Below, piece after piece: positions 1 to 11,464 of a stretch of 64,000 bases of DNA. Numbering within the stretch: position 1 is the first letter of the stretch; every line of letters starts with the position of its first letter. The stretch covers positions 107,818,001 through 107,882,000 of the forward strand of contig NC_042998.1 of NCBI RefSeq assembly GCF_006345805.1, written 5' to 3'. Position numbers and translations under genes: made by a program. The DNA is from Octopus sinensis. Lineage: Eukaryota. The notes under the pieces are model-generated. The model was not told where the DNA came from and made no database searches. It saw only the letters and a list, made by a program, of their open reading frames with translations.

Positions 1-1779
1 GTGCTTATTAAACTGGTCTTAGAGGGATAAAATGTAATATTGACATTTGTGAGATTTGAACTCTGGATATAAAGAAACACAAAGCAAAGGTTGCACTATA
101 TATATATTGCTTGATATTTGTGTCTCAACAAACCCAATGATTTTAATAATACTGATGATTTTTAACATAGGTGCAAGGCTATAGCACTGTGATGAGGAGT
201 ATAGTTTAAATCAATTCCAGTACTTTGCTAGTACTTTTTTCTTTTCAACTCTGAAAGTTTGAAAAATAAAGTTAACCCAACCTCCAAGATCTGAAATTTT
301 GTAAAGAAATAAAATAAAAAAAAATTATGCTTAACTGATTTTGTCAGTCTACAGCTTTAGTTAATGACAACTACAATGTTTTTCTTTTTATTTGTCACAA
401 GACAAACATTTTGTTGTCCCCACCACCACACAAACCAAAACAGATTTACAAGATTCAGATCAGTCATTATAACTTAATCCCATGTACTTACTTCTCAACA
501 CTAGCATTTCTCTTACTACTAGCTAACCTAATCTGCTTTCCTCCTTACCTGCCTCTCTCTCAAATCTAGCCACTAACAAGGTCAACTACCAGACTACTTT
601 TTGCCATTGGATATAATGACAAAAGATATTGCTTAGTACAATATTTCATTCTGGAAATTTTGGGGAGATGGCGGAAGAGAAAAAGTTAAAAGGAGAGAAG
701 AAAATGAATGTAGAATATGAGAAAATATGATTTCTCTCGTGATTTACATAAGAAAACAACTTCAGAGGAATTTTATCAATTAGAAGATGAGAAAAAAAAA
801 GTTAAATTAAAAAATATATACTCAAACTGAATTCAATTACAAAATTTTGAGTATTTACTGTTGTTATACTTTATTCTAAACACCATTAAATATTTGATTA
901 TTTGGCTGTCACCACTGCTCCCTTCACCACTACCACCACTATCATGTGACCATTTTCCATGCTAGCATGAAATGAACATTTTGACTAGATCCAAAAGGTT
1001 GAGGATCACTTCAGGCACAGGTGTCTCAGTTTTCACATGATTTCTATGGGTTGATGTCCTTTCTAATGTCATCCACTTTGCAAAGTGTACTGGATACTTT
1101 TTCATAGCACCAGCACTAATGAGGTCACCTTATAACTTACAAGATAGAAGAATGACCTCAACTTTGAAGAGGTATAGAAGACAGAGTGGTTGCTTTAAGC
1201 AAATTGTTAAGCAGTAAAAGTATAATGCAGGGAGCAGGAACAGGTTTACTGTTTGTGGAGGAGATTCATGGTTACCCTGTATTTTACAAGGGCAGGTGGG
1301 AAAAGCTGGTGTGGAACCCAAAAAGAGGTAAAAAAAGGTAATGATGTCCAAGAAATATTTAGAACAGAGCATAGGTAAAGAAAACTAAGGGGGAATGGGT
1401 AGTGTAAAAGAATGAGAAGGTCAGATGTATGTAGGAGATGAATGTTGTGAATAATGAACAGAAGTTGGGATGGTAAATATGAGTGGGGGATGATAAGAAT
1501 GAAAAATGGATACTGACTGAGTGTAGCACAGAGAAGAGCGAGTGGTGACTAGTAGTACAGAGATGACAATATGGTATGGTGCATAGTAACAGGTTTTGCT
1601 TTCATTTCTTACATCAGCAAAATAATACAGTGGATAAGTGAGTAATGGAAGGATGATTGAGTGATAGGATGAAAAGTTAAAAGGAGGAGAGAGTAAGAGA
1701 TAGATACCAACAAGGAGGATGTTGTCAGGGATCCAGTTGTTTAGATGAAGGAAGGGTGCTGCAGGGAAGGAAGAAGCAA

Positions 1780-2060
1780 GAGCTGTAGACTTGGCAAGGT
1801 CTCAGTTGTATGCATATACATGATGCTTTAAGAGCCTTAGACACAATAAGCTAGTGTAGCTGGGCAGTGTTTTCTCAAGCATAGTGTGTCATCCCTTCTG
1901 TGAGAGTCACAACATCCTGAGATTGGCTTTCACCACCTCATCCCACATCTTCCCAGGTCTTCTTTTTCTATGGCTTTAAATGCAAATACTTGCACTATTA
2001 ATCAGCAAAGAAACACCTAATCGAAACTTGCTACTTCTCACTGTGTATGTATATCTAAGC
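1780..2060 (-). mobile_element. Degenerate RTE ORF end
   Basis: caccacctcatcccacatcttcccaggtct and ttctcaagcatagtg resemble the 56.7 kb RTE end. Confidence 0.55.
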
Positions 2061-2678
2061 CACATGATATAAAAAGTGTCACAATCCCCGACAAACTCAT
2101 GATGACTTCACATATAGAAATTTTCCTAACGGCATTCCTCTTTAGGCCAGAAAATATTACAACTCTGATAAGTTGCTGACATTATAAAGCTGTAGTTAAG
2201 ACCCTCATGAAAATAATGAAGATGTATGTCAGCAAAAATAAAAAAAAGAGGAAATGTGGTAGTCATAGTAAAAGTAGTTTTTATAGGAAAGGACTGCACA
2301 CATGGAATTCTCTCAATAAAGAACCTGAATACAAAACTTTATCCATAATTTTTCTCATAGTAACTACACATTTTGTAACTACCACAGCTACTCATTAAAG
2401 TGTTGCATGTATGATGGTTATAGTGCTGTAGCTATACACATATACATGCACAAAACATCTGCATCATATAAAAACAAAGGCCATTTATTTACTAAGCAAA
2501 TATTCACTCATTAACCATACATGCTGTGATTAGACTACCAACATGCCATTACTAGTCTAATGAATGAATGAAAGAATGAGAGAAAGAATTCTAGGAGGCA
2601 AGAATGAGAATGAAAGAGTTAGAGGAAGAAGGGTGAAGATATGGCAAATCAGAAAGTTTCTCAAGATAACTATCTTAC

Positions 2679-2771
2679 CTTTGCTCCTATAGTTGAATTA
2701 ACCATCTTCATAATTAATGTGGTTAAAAAACTGAATATATAAACCACAAGAGGAACAATGGCTATATATTT
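2679..2771 (-). CDS. MFSD12: MFSD12-like coding exon 7 (KYIAIVPLVVYIFSFLTTLIMKMVNSTIGAK); gene continues beyond position 1
   Basis: ttatttcag acceptor, AAG|gtaaga donor, 93 nt; matches human [31 protein letters not shown]. Confidence 0.92.
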
Positions 2772-3656
2772 CTGAAATAAAACAGCAGAGTATAGCATTT
2801 AGATAATTATTTAAACATAATACAGTTCAATACCTAAATTATGCTCCCTCCTCACATAATGCATGCATTTTAGAAATATTAAAAAATACTGTTTGATACA
2901 TAAACTTAAATCCTTTTTTTGTGAGCAAACTCATCTAACTTGGGCTAGCCCAGTAACATAGATGTTAAATTGATGACAACATCAAGTGTAATCATTAGGT
3001 TTTTCTTTTTTCTATATTTTTAGTTTTAAAATGAAGGGCAACAACCTATAATTTTTGCAGGAACTGAGAACCATAAATTACAGTTTCCTATTAATGACTT
3101 TGGTCCTTATAAATAGCTCAACTGGAAGTCAATGAATTCAAGTGAACCTGTCAGTAAACATGACAAACATTTTAAGTGACCCTCACAGAGCCAAGGGCTG
3201 CTTTGGGGCTCTGTTAGAGAATCACCTCAAGTTGTAGTTATAAATAACAGTACTGTGTAAATGGCAGTGCAAGAGGAAGTAGGACATCAAGATACTTTGT
3301 TACCCTGAAACCTGTCTAAATACTCCAACAGAATAACTGGCAAAAGACACCCATGAACTGGGTGATTGTAGTGTTAAACTGAGTAATAAACTAGGTTTAC
3401 ACTTGCCCACCTCAAAAAGTAAAATGGTAGGCTATGGAATTTTATTGGGTACCAGCACTAGAGAAGTTTTCTTACTGGACTTAGTGTATAGAACACATCA
3501 GTAACATTTTGTTTTGAAAATTCCCATAAAATTCAGTTTACTCAGTTCCCATTCCACTCTCAGTTACATCCCTCTTGGCATTCCTATCAGAATCTTTCCA
3601 ACAAGTAATTTAAAAAGATACAAAACACAAAGAAACAAAATACATTAATGACTTGC

Positions 3657-3749
3657 CTTATTTAGTTGGATAGTGTCGAGAACATAGAGGGGTAAATATA
3701 TCTGGGAAATGTTTAAAAAAAGTCGAGTCGCCATGTAAATGACTGCTAT
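3657..3749 (-). CDS. MFSD12: MFSD12-like coding exon 6 (IAVIYMATRLFLNISQIYLPLYVLDTIQLNK), GC donor
   Basis: ttacttacag acceptor; 93 nt; matches human [31 protein letters not shown]; ends AAG|gcaagt. Too short for the ORF track. Confidence 0.92.
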
Positions 3750-3964
3750 CTGTAAGTAAAAAACAATAACAGGAAATTTAACAATAAGTGTTTATATTTT
3801 TAAATGGAAATAAGGAGCATTACATTAAAGGATGTCCTTTTAAAAAGAGTATTTCAGGGCTTTTCACTGGAGAGAATGAAAAGAAAATTTAACGAATGGG
3901 ATATTCGTTCAGAGATTTAAATAAATTAAAGATTATTTAATCTTATAGTGTGTATCAACTGAAC

Positions 3965-5254
3965 TATGGGGCTGGGTTGTAAAGTTCATAAGCTGACTAT
4001 GAAGGAGTGATGCTAGCTAGAGCCGTGAAATTATGCCTGCATTAGTTTCAACTCTTCTTTGTTCCTTTCCAGGTAAACTCACATCTGACAGTTCAAAGAA
4101 GATTTCAAAAGTAAATAGTAGCAACTTCCCTTGAAAATGAACAAAATTTGGCATTGTTGTGTTATCAAGTATCTGCAGAAAAAGGTTTTAATCCCCAAGA
4201 ACATTCATACTGATATGATTACTGCATTAAGAGATGGCACTCCAGCTTTATCAACAGTGGATAAGTGGGCAGTGGAACTTAGGAAGGGAAGGAAGAATTT
4301 TGAAGATGATCCAAGGTCTGAAAGTCCTACAGCTACTACCACTGAGGAAAACACTGATAATGTTCACCATATGGTATGGATGACAGGTGATTGACTTTAA
4401 TCAAATAGTTAATGCTATTAGCATATCCTGTGAGAGAGTTGAGAATATTCTTCAAAATGAATTTGGCATGATGAAGGTTTCTGCTCAGTGGGTGCCATGT
4501 CTTCTGACACCTGATCAAAAGCACACCAGGCTGACAACATCATGGAAAAATCTGATATTGTTTCAAGCAGATCAAGCTGGTTTCCTGGAGTGTTTCCTAA
4601 CCCAGGACCAGTTTTGGGCTCATTACTTTGAGTCAGTAACAAAGAGACAATCTATGCAGTGGAAACAGCCCTCCTCACCTGCTCCAGAGAAGGCCAAGGC
4701 TGTTTCATCTGGAGGGAAGGTGATGAATTCAGTTTTTTGGGATGCAAAAGGCATTGAGTTTATTGATTATCTTCAGAAGGTTCACACCATCAATGGAGAG
4801 CACTATGCCAACAAACTATTCATATGCCAAGATATGAATAGTATCAAGACCAAACACCTAGAAAAACTGTTGAAAAGAATCTTGTTTCATCAGGACATTG
4901 CTCCAGCACACAAATTCTTTGTTTCAATAGCTGTTGGACTGTTTTGTATGATGGTGAATTTGAACTGGTTGATCACCCTCCCTATTCTCCTGATTTGGCC
5001 CCATTTGGCTATCATCTGTTCCCCAACATGAAAAAATATTTGGTTGAGAAGCAGTATAGCAGTGATGATGAAATCATATCAGCTGTTGAAGACTTTTTTT
5101 ACCAACAGGATGAAAGCTCCTTCACCAGTGGGATCCAAGCACTGTAACACTGATGGAAGAAGCGTGTGAATTGCAAGGGAGACTATGTGACATTTAGTCA
5201 CATTCCATGAGAATATTTTGGTCAGCTTATGAACTTTTCAGCTGACACTTCATA
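3965..5254 (+). mobile_element. Full-length degenerate mariner (Tc1/mariner) transposon, ~1.29 kb
   Basis: TIR core aaagttcataagctgac (3981-3997) is inverted at 5221-5237, with TA at both ends. The transposase is split over ORFs 4131-4394, 4387-5031 and 4944-5147, with WVPCLL, HQD and YSPDLAP motifs. Confidence 0.93.
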
Positions 5255-5629
5255 CTAATTATGCCAGTCACATGGTAAATAAGAAAAAACAATAAAATAG
5301 CTATCATATTTATTGTTTAACTCTTATGTGAAAAGGACAGCTGACTAATTCAAACCAAGGCCCCTTAACAAGTAATACTTAAGGAGACAACTTAAAACGC
5401 TCCAGAGCTACATGGAATTCCAATTTCTTAAGTTCTTATTGGTTTTAAGAAGAGGAAATGGCACTTAACAATTACAAGTGGTCCCATAAATGCTTGTGTG
5501 TGTGTGGAGAGGGGGGGAGAGAGAAAGAGGGGAAAGAGAGAGAAAGTGATGGGGGATATTTGTTACTACCACCATTGAGGCTAGCAGCTTGACCTGCTTC
5601 TTTTGTACACAAGATAATGGGATGGATGT

Positions 5630-5857
5630 TTAACTGCTTAGTATTCAAACTGGCCATATCAGACCCAAAGATTCTACTTGTTTTATGTTCAAACTGGCCA
5701 GCTCCAGCCTCTCACATCTACTCTATGATCTCATTCCCCAAATGAACAAACATATCATCAATATCTCAAAGCTATGTGATAATGTATGATGAATTTTAAA
5801 AAATGTGAACAAATAAGTATTACATTTGACTGAGTGATCTGAATGCTAAGGGGTTAA
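5630..5857 (-). mobile_element. TTAA-flanked piggyBac-type MITE (~225 bp)
   Basis: TTAA at both ends; reverse complement of the family copy at 10207-10432. Confidence 0.7.
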
Positions 5858-5934
5858 ATATCCTGAAGTTCCCTGTTGGTGAAACCAAACCTAAAACACA
5901 TTTTTTAAATCAATTTATCCTGGAAAGAAATCAC

Positions 5935-6124
5935 TTGACCCTGTCAAATGTAATGCTTATTTATTTACATTGTTTTGAATTAATCATGTATTATCTTGTA
6001 ACTTTGAAATTTCAATGGCGTGATTATTTACTTTAGGTGTGAGAGGTTGGATTTGGCTGGTTTGAACATTAAACAAGTAGGATATTTGGGCTGGATATGG
6101 CTGTTTTAAATGCTAAAAGGTTAA
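5935..6124 (+). mobile_element. 5'-truncated copy of the same TTAA MITE
   Basis: ctgtcaaatgtaatgcttatttatttacattgttttgaattaatca ... aaatgctaaaaggttaa matches 10207-10432. Confidence 0.7.
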
Positions 6125-7699
6125 GGAAGGCTTTATGAATGTATAGTGTGACAAGAACTATCTTAATTTTCTATTAAAAATGGGACTGCCATCATTAGTG
6201 AAATTACAAGTATAAATGTTAACTTTCTTTTTCTGTGATATTTTGTATCTGGCCTATCTTTATTACCTACATTTTGCAGCACTCCAATCCACTAAGATAA
6301 CGGTGTTCCTTCTGTCACCTTCTCTTCATTAAACTCTTCAATCCTCTATCTGTCTCTACTTTAATCATTATACACCAGTGTACCACGTTCCTGAGTAAAG
6401 AAATTTCTTTGACCTATTCCAACAACTTAATTATCACCCTCACTTTACTTCCAATATATCAAAGATGATGGAAACATTCATAATCATTCCCTTTCCTCAA
6501 TAACCATCAAGCAGTGCAGTTCCTGTAGTCATGCTCTATTACATCATAATCTTGAGATTAACAAAGACATTGATCATATTTGAGATGACAATTGCCCATA
6601 TGTGGGCTGTATTCATCTCCTATCTGTTGAATCAGTTTCCTGCTAGATTATTTCCTTTTAGTGTGCACTGATGGGTCTCTCTGTGATTTGCATTCAATCA
6701 ATTCTAGTATACCTAAAGATTATAACTCCAATACTCTTCCTTTTGTACATTAATGCTGTTATTTTTAACTAAACATATGATACCATCCCTCACTTCTCAA
6801 TCATCTGACTTGGAAGTTTCGTTTTTAGTTTGGTCTCTATGGCTGGATGCCCTTCCAACACCAATCATTTTATAGATTTTACTGGATGCATTCTTTCATT
6901 GCACAGCTCTAGAGAGGCTGTCACATCTTCAATAAGACTAAAGGATCCTCCCAACCCAATACTTAACAAACAATATTGGGTGCATTTTATTGTGCCACTA
7001 GCAACAACAAAGATAGGGTGACAGAGTGATAGATAGCTTTATAGACTTAACTGTTGTTGGGGGCTGAATTATTTTCTGGTTCTAAAGAGAAAAGCTAGTT
7101 TTATCTTGGAGAAGACTTATCTTTTGTTTGCTTAGTACTACTGAATCTAAAACTAAGTTATGGTTACTTAAGCCTTGCAGCTGGTGGAAACATAAATTTT
7201 AAATAATTGTTAATTTATTTGCTAATGATTTGCAATTTCAACTTCAAAATGTCTTTAATATTTATTATTTAAAACAGCTATTTTATAATATATATTACAC
7301 CTGTAATATCTGATAGGCATATTTTTGTTGAATGAGAGGTGGAATGGATTATACTCTCTGTTAGTCCCAAGCTTCTATATTGATTGAATGTGAATGTAGA
7401 CATATGGTAATGGAGACGTATAAGGAAATATCAGATAGACTTCATAAACCAAAAAAAGAAAAAAAAATGGTTTTATGAATTGTTTTAATATGAACTTTGC
7501 ATTTAGAAATTAATATAATTTAATGATAACTTTTCTCAATAATTTGGTTGTTATATTAAGTATGTCAGAATATATTGTTAATGATAATTTTTTGAACAAC
7601 TGTTTAATGTCTTCCTAATATCAAATTAATATCTCCTCCAGTAGAATGCTTCATACAGTGACAGCTGTTAAAAAAGAGAATATTTTCTCTACAAATTGA

Positions 7700-8100
7700 G
7701 CACAATTCTACCATCAATGACATACTGTGTCTCATTTGTATGTGGAAGAGGAGGGTGTCCAAAGGCTGATCATCCTGACAACAGAACTCATTTCAAAATT
7801 AAAAACAATTAGCAGATAATAATAGTTGACATAGTTGCTTACTGGAATGATAATGAAACTGACTAATGGTAAATAATGGTTTTTAAACTGCTTCATTAAC
7901 ATCAGATGAATCTGCTCAGGCACAACAGTTATTATATCTATATAGAGCTGTAGTAACATTTGTATCTGGACAAAAACAGTATTTCTCATGGGCTATCCAG
8001 CCATAAAATCTGTTCTGATGAAATCTCAGAGTGACACACACATCTATATCATAGCCAAAACTATACACCGGAGTAGATGTTCTCAGCAGGACTAGATCAT
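7700..8100 (+). mobile_element. Possible highly decayed RTE-X-like LINE C-terminus
   Basis: Patchy translation (MNLLRH...GYPAIKSVL...SDT) recalls RRLRLAGH...GRPAITYID..KSDT; multiple stops. Confidence 0.3.
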
Positions 8101-8949
8101 ACTTCAGTTCTGAAAGAATGCTGACTAAAAAGATTCAACTACGACCTACTCTGGAGTACTTCATATACGAACTGAGATATTGTTGCTGTCATGCACAACA
8201 GCAGACTATATCAAAATACAAAAGAAAAGGCATCTGTCTCATTAACAGATTTTCACTCACAAACCCATTATAACCAAAAGCTCACCAAAATACTGTGTCC
8301 TCTCTATCTCTTCTATAACTATTACAACAGTTCCTACTTCTCTGAACTAATAAGCTGTGTAGGACTTGGTATATCAGCCTTTCCTCTTCCTCCTCCTCCT
8401 CCTTTAATGTCCATTGTCCATGCTGGCATGGGTTGGGTGGTTTGACAGGATCTAGTGAGCTTCAATGTCAGTTTTGGCATGGCAGATCATATATTAAATA
8501 CGTGATCTATGAAAATCCAAACATCTTAAGGTTTACAAACTAGTTTGGAACAATTTTCTGTTCAACTATCTTTGTAACATGAAATTGTACTGAAGGTCAC
8601 CTGCAACCTTTGTAACCCTTAAGTGTAATTTTAAGGGAGGAGTCTGGATTTTACATAAAAAAATACATTTTTGCACTTTATATATTTATTCTAATGTTCT
8701 TAAAATGTCAAATTATCTATAAACACAAATTTACATTTTTACCTCTTATCTAAATATTTATAATTTCTTTTCTGTATAGTAAATAAAATTTTCTTTTATT
8801 TGGCAAAATCAGATTTCACATGCAGTCTTCAAACAGAAAAAATTTCTAAGCTTGAAGGATCTCACAAGAGAGATGACTTACAAGAAACAAAGAAAAAGAG
8901 GGAAAAAAAGGTAAAACAAAAAACAGGAAAGAAGAATGACAACTATAAA

Positions 8950-9794
8950 TACGAGGTGGTATTAAAAATTCCCCGGACTAGTCATGTTTAATAAAATATA
9001 ACTTATTTACCTAAGTTTTAACATCACCTCCTTTGAAATAGTCACCTTGAGCAACAACACACCAGTCCCAGCATTCGTACCGCCTTGGGAATCTGGTCTG
9101 GAAGTCATTTTCCATAAGCGAGTCAAAGACCTTCTGTAATTTGCTTTTGATTTTGACAGTGGTGTTAAAACAGTGACCTTTGAGCTGCATTTTTGTCTTG
9201 GGGAAGGTGCTAAATCTGGTGAATGGGGCAGGTGTGAAAGTGGGGAGAGCTCAGTGATAGGGTGCATTGTTGTCATGAAGAATCCAATTCTTTGTGCTCT
9301 ACAGTTCTGGTTACTTTCACTGAATGTCCTCATTTAAACACTTCAAAACATTGCAGGTCTGGCCCTGGGGTACTAATTTTCAATGCACAATACAATATTT
9401 CCAGGGGTGATGCTGGAGGCAGATCTTCCAGATTGCTCACCATCTTTCAGGGACAGTCTTCTGCTTCTGAAGTGTCCATGCCATTTGAAACATTGTGCAT
9501 GACCCATTGCCTCATCACAACAAGCTTGCCAAAGCATGCTCATGTCTCTGTAGCAGACTTTCCACGTTTAATGCAAAATTTTATCATGGCTCTTTGTTCC
9601 AACATCCTGTCCATGACAAAAATAGTAGACTACAGCAGACACGTGGTCACAAAAACAAAAATTTCACAACTTGCAAAGTAAACATAGCAATGTCACTTGA
9701 CACATTGCCAGCTCTCACTGCACACACAACCATGTACTGCCATCTGTTGGTGTGCTAGAGAACTAGTCCAGGAACTTTTTGATACCACCTTGTA
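8950..9794 (-). mobile_element. Internally deleted mariner element, 845 bp
   Basis: TIRs tacgaggtggtattaaaaattccccggactagt / actagtccaggaactttttgataccaccttgta with TA ends. Minus-strand transposase remnant LSHLPHSPDLAP (ORF 9007-9333). Confidence 0.88.
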
Positions 9795-9839
9795 AGAGAA
9801 TGATGAGAATAAAGAATATGTTAAAAATGATCTGTATAC

Positions 9840-10022
9840 CATGTAAAACTGTGGTTCATACCACCAGTCTTTCCATGTCATTATACTTTGAGTGCATGAC
9901 AATAAACCTTCTTGTTCCTTGTTTTCTGCTGCAACTGGTGTGGAGTACATTTTCTCTGGGGAGAGAATATGAAATGTAAAGGAGAAAAATACTCCAATTC
10001 CAGTCACTATAAATACAAGTAG
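9840..10022 (-). CDS. MFSD12: MFSD12-like coding exon 5 (LLVFIVTGIGVFFSFTFHIL...EQEGLL...WKDWWYEPQFYM)
   Basis: ttttcag acceptor, ATG|gtatac donor, 183 nt, phase 0/0. WKDWWYEPQFY matches human WKHWLREPAFY. Confidence 0.92.
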
Positions 10023-10206
10023 CTGAAAATAAAGAAACATTGTAAATGGAAAATATGTAAATAACAAATGCAAATGAGAGAAGAAGAAAATGAAGAGAAT
10101 TTCTCTTTTACTGGTTCCAAATATTTAAGTTTTTTTTTTAAAACTTGTATCTTGTAGCTAATGAAAATACAAATGCACTGTTATATTTACTTGTAATTAT
10201 TTTGTA

Positions 10207-10432
10207 TTAACCCATTAGCATTCAAATTATTCTGTCAAATGAAATGCTTATTTATTCACATTGTTTTGAATTAATCAAGCATTGACTTGTAACTTCAAAA
10301 TTTTGATGATGTGGTTGTTTATTTTTAGAATGACATTGTTGGGTATGTGTGAGATGTTGGATCTGACCAGTTTGAACATAAAAGAGGCAGAATATTGGCC
10401 AGCTATGGCCAGTTTAAATGCTAAAGAGTTAA
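10207..10432 (+). mobile_element. TTAA-flanked piggyBac-type MITE
   Basis: ttaacccattagcatt ... aatgctaaagagttaa inverted termini with TTAA ends. Confidence 0.75.
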
Positions 10433-11355
10433 TAATGATTTCTAACATAAGCACAAGACCATATATTTAGGAGCAAGGGAATTCAGTACTAAACTTGTAC
10501 TTCATTTATTTTAGTTAGGATGGAAGCTGTCAGGGTGTGTAACTAAGAAATAACAAACTTCTGAATGTAAATGGAATGGTCCTATGGGTTTTTGATTGAA
10601 TACTTCACAAGCTTATCTGTTAATAAACAGATTGGTCCATTAAATGCTGCTGTACTGTTCATAATTAGTAGCAGGGATTTCAAGGATTGGAGAGATGGGT
10701 TTTCATACCTTTCCCTCAGAGTATTATTAATTATAGTCAAAAGAAATAGTTATCACCAGAAACTGGAAATGTCATAGCCTCAGCTCATTGGAGCTTTATT
10801 TCTATTATGGAATGTAATTGAACAAAAATATTTCACTTAACATCAACTGCTTCTGAAATTAAAATATGCTGGTATTGATTTTCACGTGAATATTTTAAAA
10901 TCTTAATTCCTAGTTATCTCTGGGTATTTGACATTAATCTCAGCTTGACACTGACAAGTACATAGAATTATGTAAATTACTACATAACTAGATTTGTTGA
11001 CTTTACAAGTGGATTTGTTTAGCCTCTGGATAGCCCTATTCAAGCAGCCTACAATCAAAGGTATTCCAGACATAAACACATCTATTTTCTTCTACACAAA
11101 GTATCTAGGATTACATTATCCAATATGTCCTTCCATTTTAAAACAGTAAAGTATGATTTGATAGTGATTTTACTCGTATTTCTAGCAAGCTGAAAGGCCA
11201 CACAGAGGCTCCATCATTGACTTACAAATGTCTGGTAAGTCATATGATTTTGATGGTCTTTAAGGTGATGAACATATGATTGAAGCTGATGAGGCCACTA
11301 ACAATTGAAATAGTCTGTAACAAAGTAATGAGATTAAAAGAGAAATATGTCTTAC

Positions 11356-11464
11356 CTCAAACTTGCCACTATCTTTCCTTCCTAACTTTTCACCAACATT
11401 CATATTAAATATTATCCAAAATATAATATATACTGCTAAATTTGATAGCACTGTAAAAGCATAA
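11356..11464 (-). CDS. MFSD12: MFSD12-like coding exon 4 (YAFTVLSNLAVYIIFWIIFNMNVGEKLGRKDSGKFE)
   Basis: ttttttcag acceptor and GAG|gtaaga donor. CG+T gives Arg, restoring the conserved R-YAFTV motif. Confidence 0.93.

Noticed and set aside
1-2678. MFSD12 exon 8
   Set aside because: No minus-strand segment resembles the next expected TM region (human MTYFSGLL...); it is presumably outside the window.
7732-7989. 85-aa minus-strand ORF as an MFSD12 exon
   Set aside because: No family similarity and not needed, since exons 5 and 6 join in phase.
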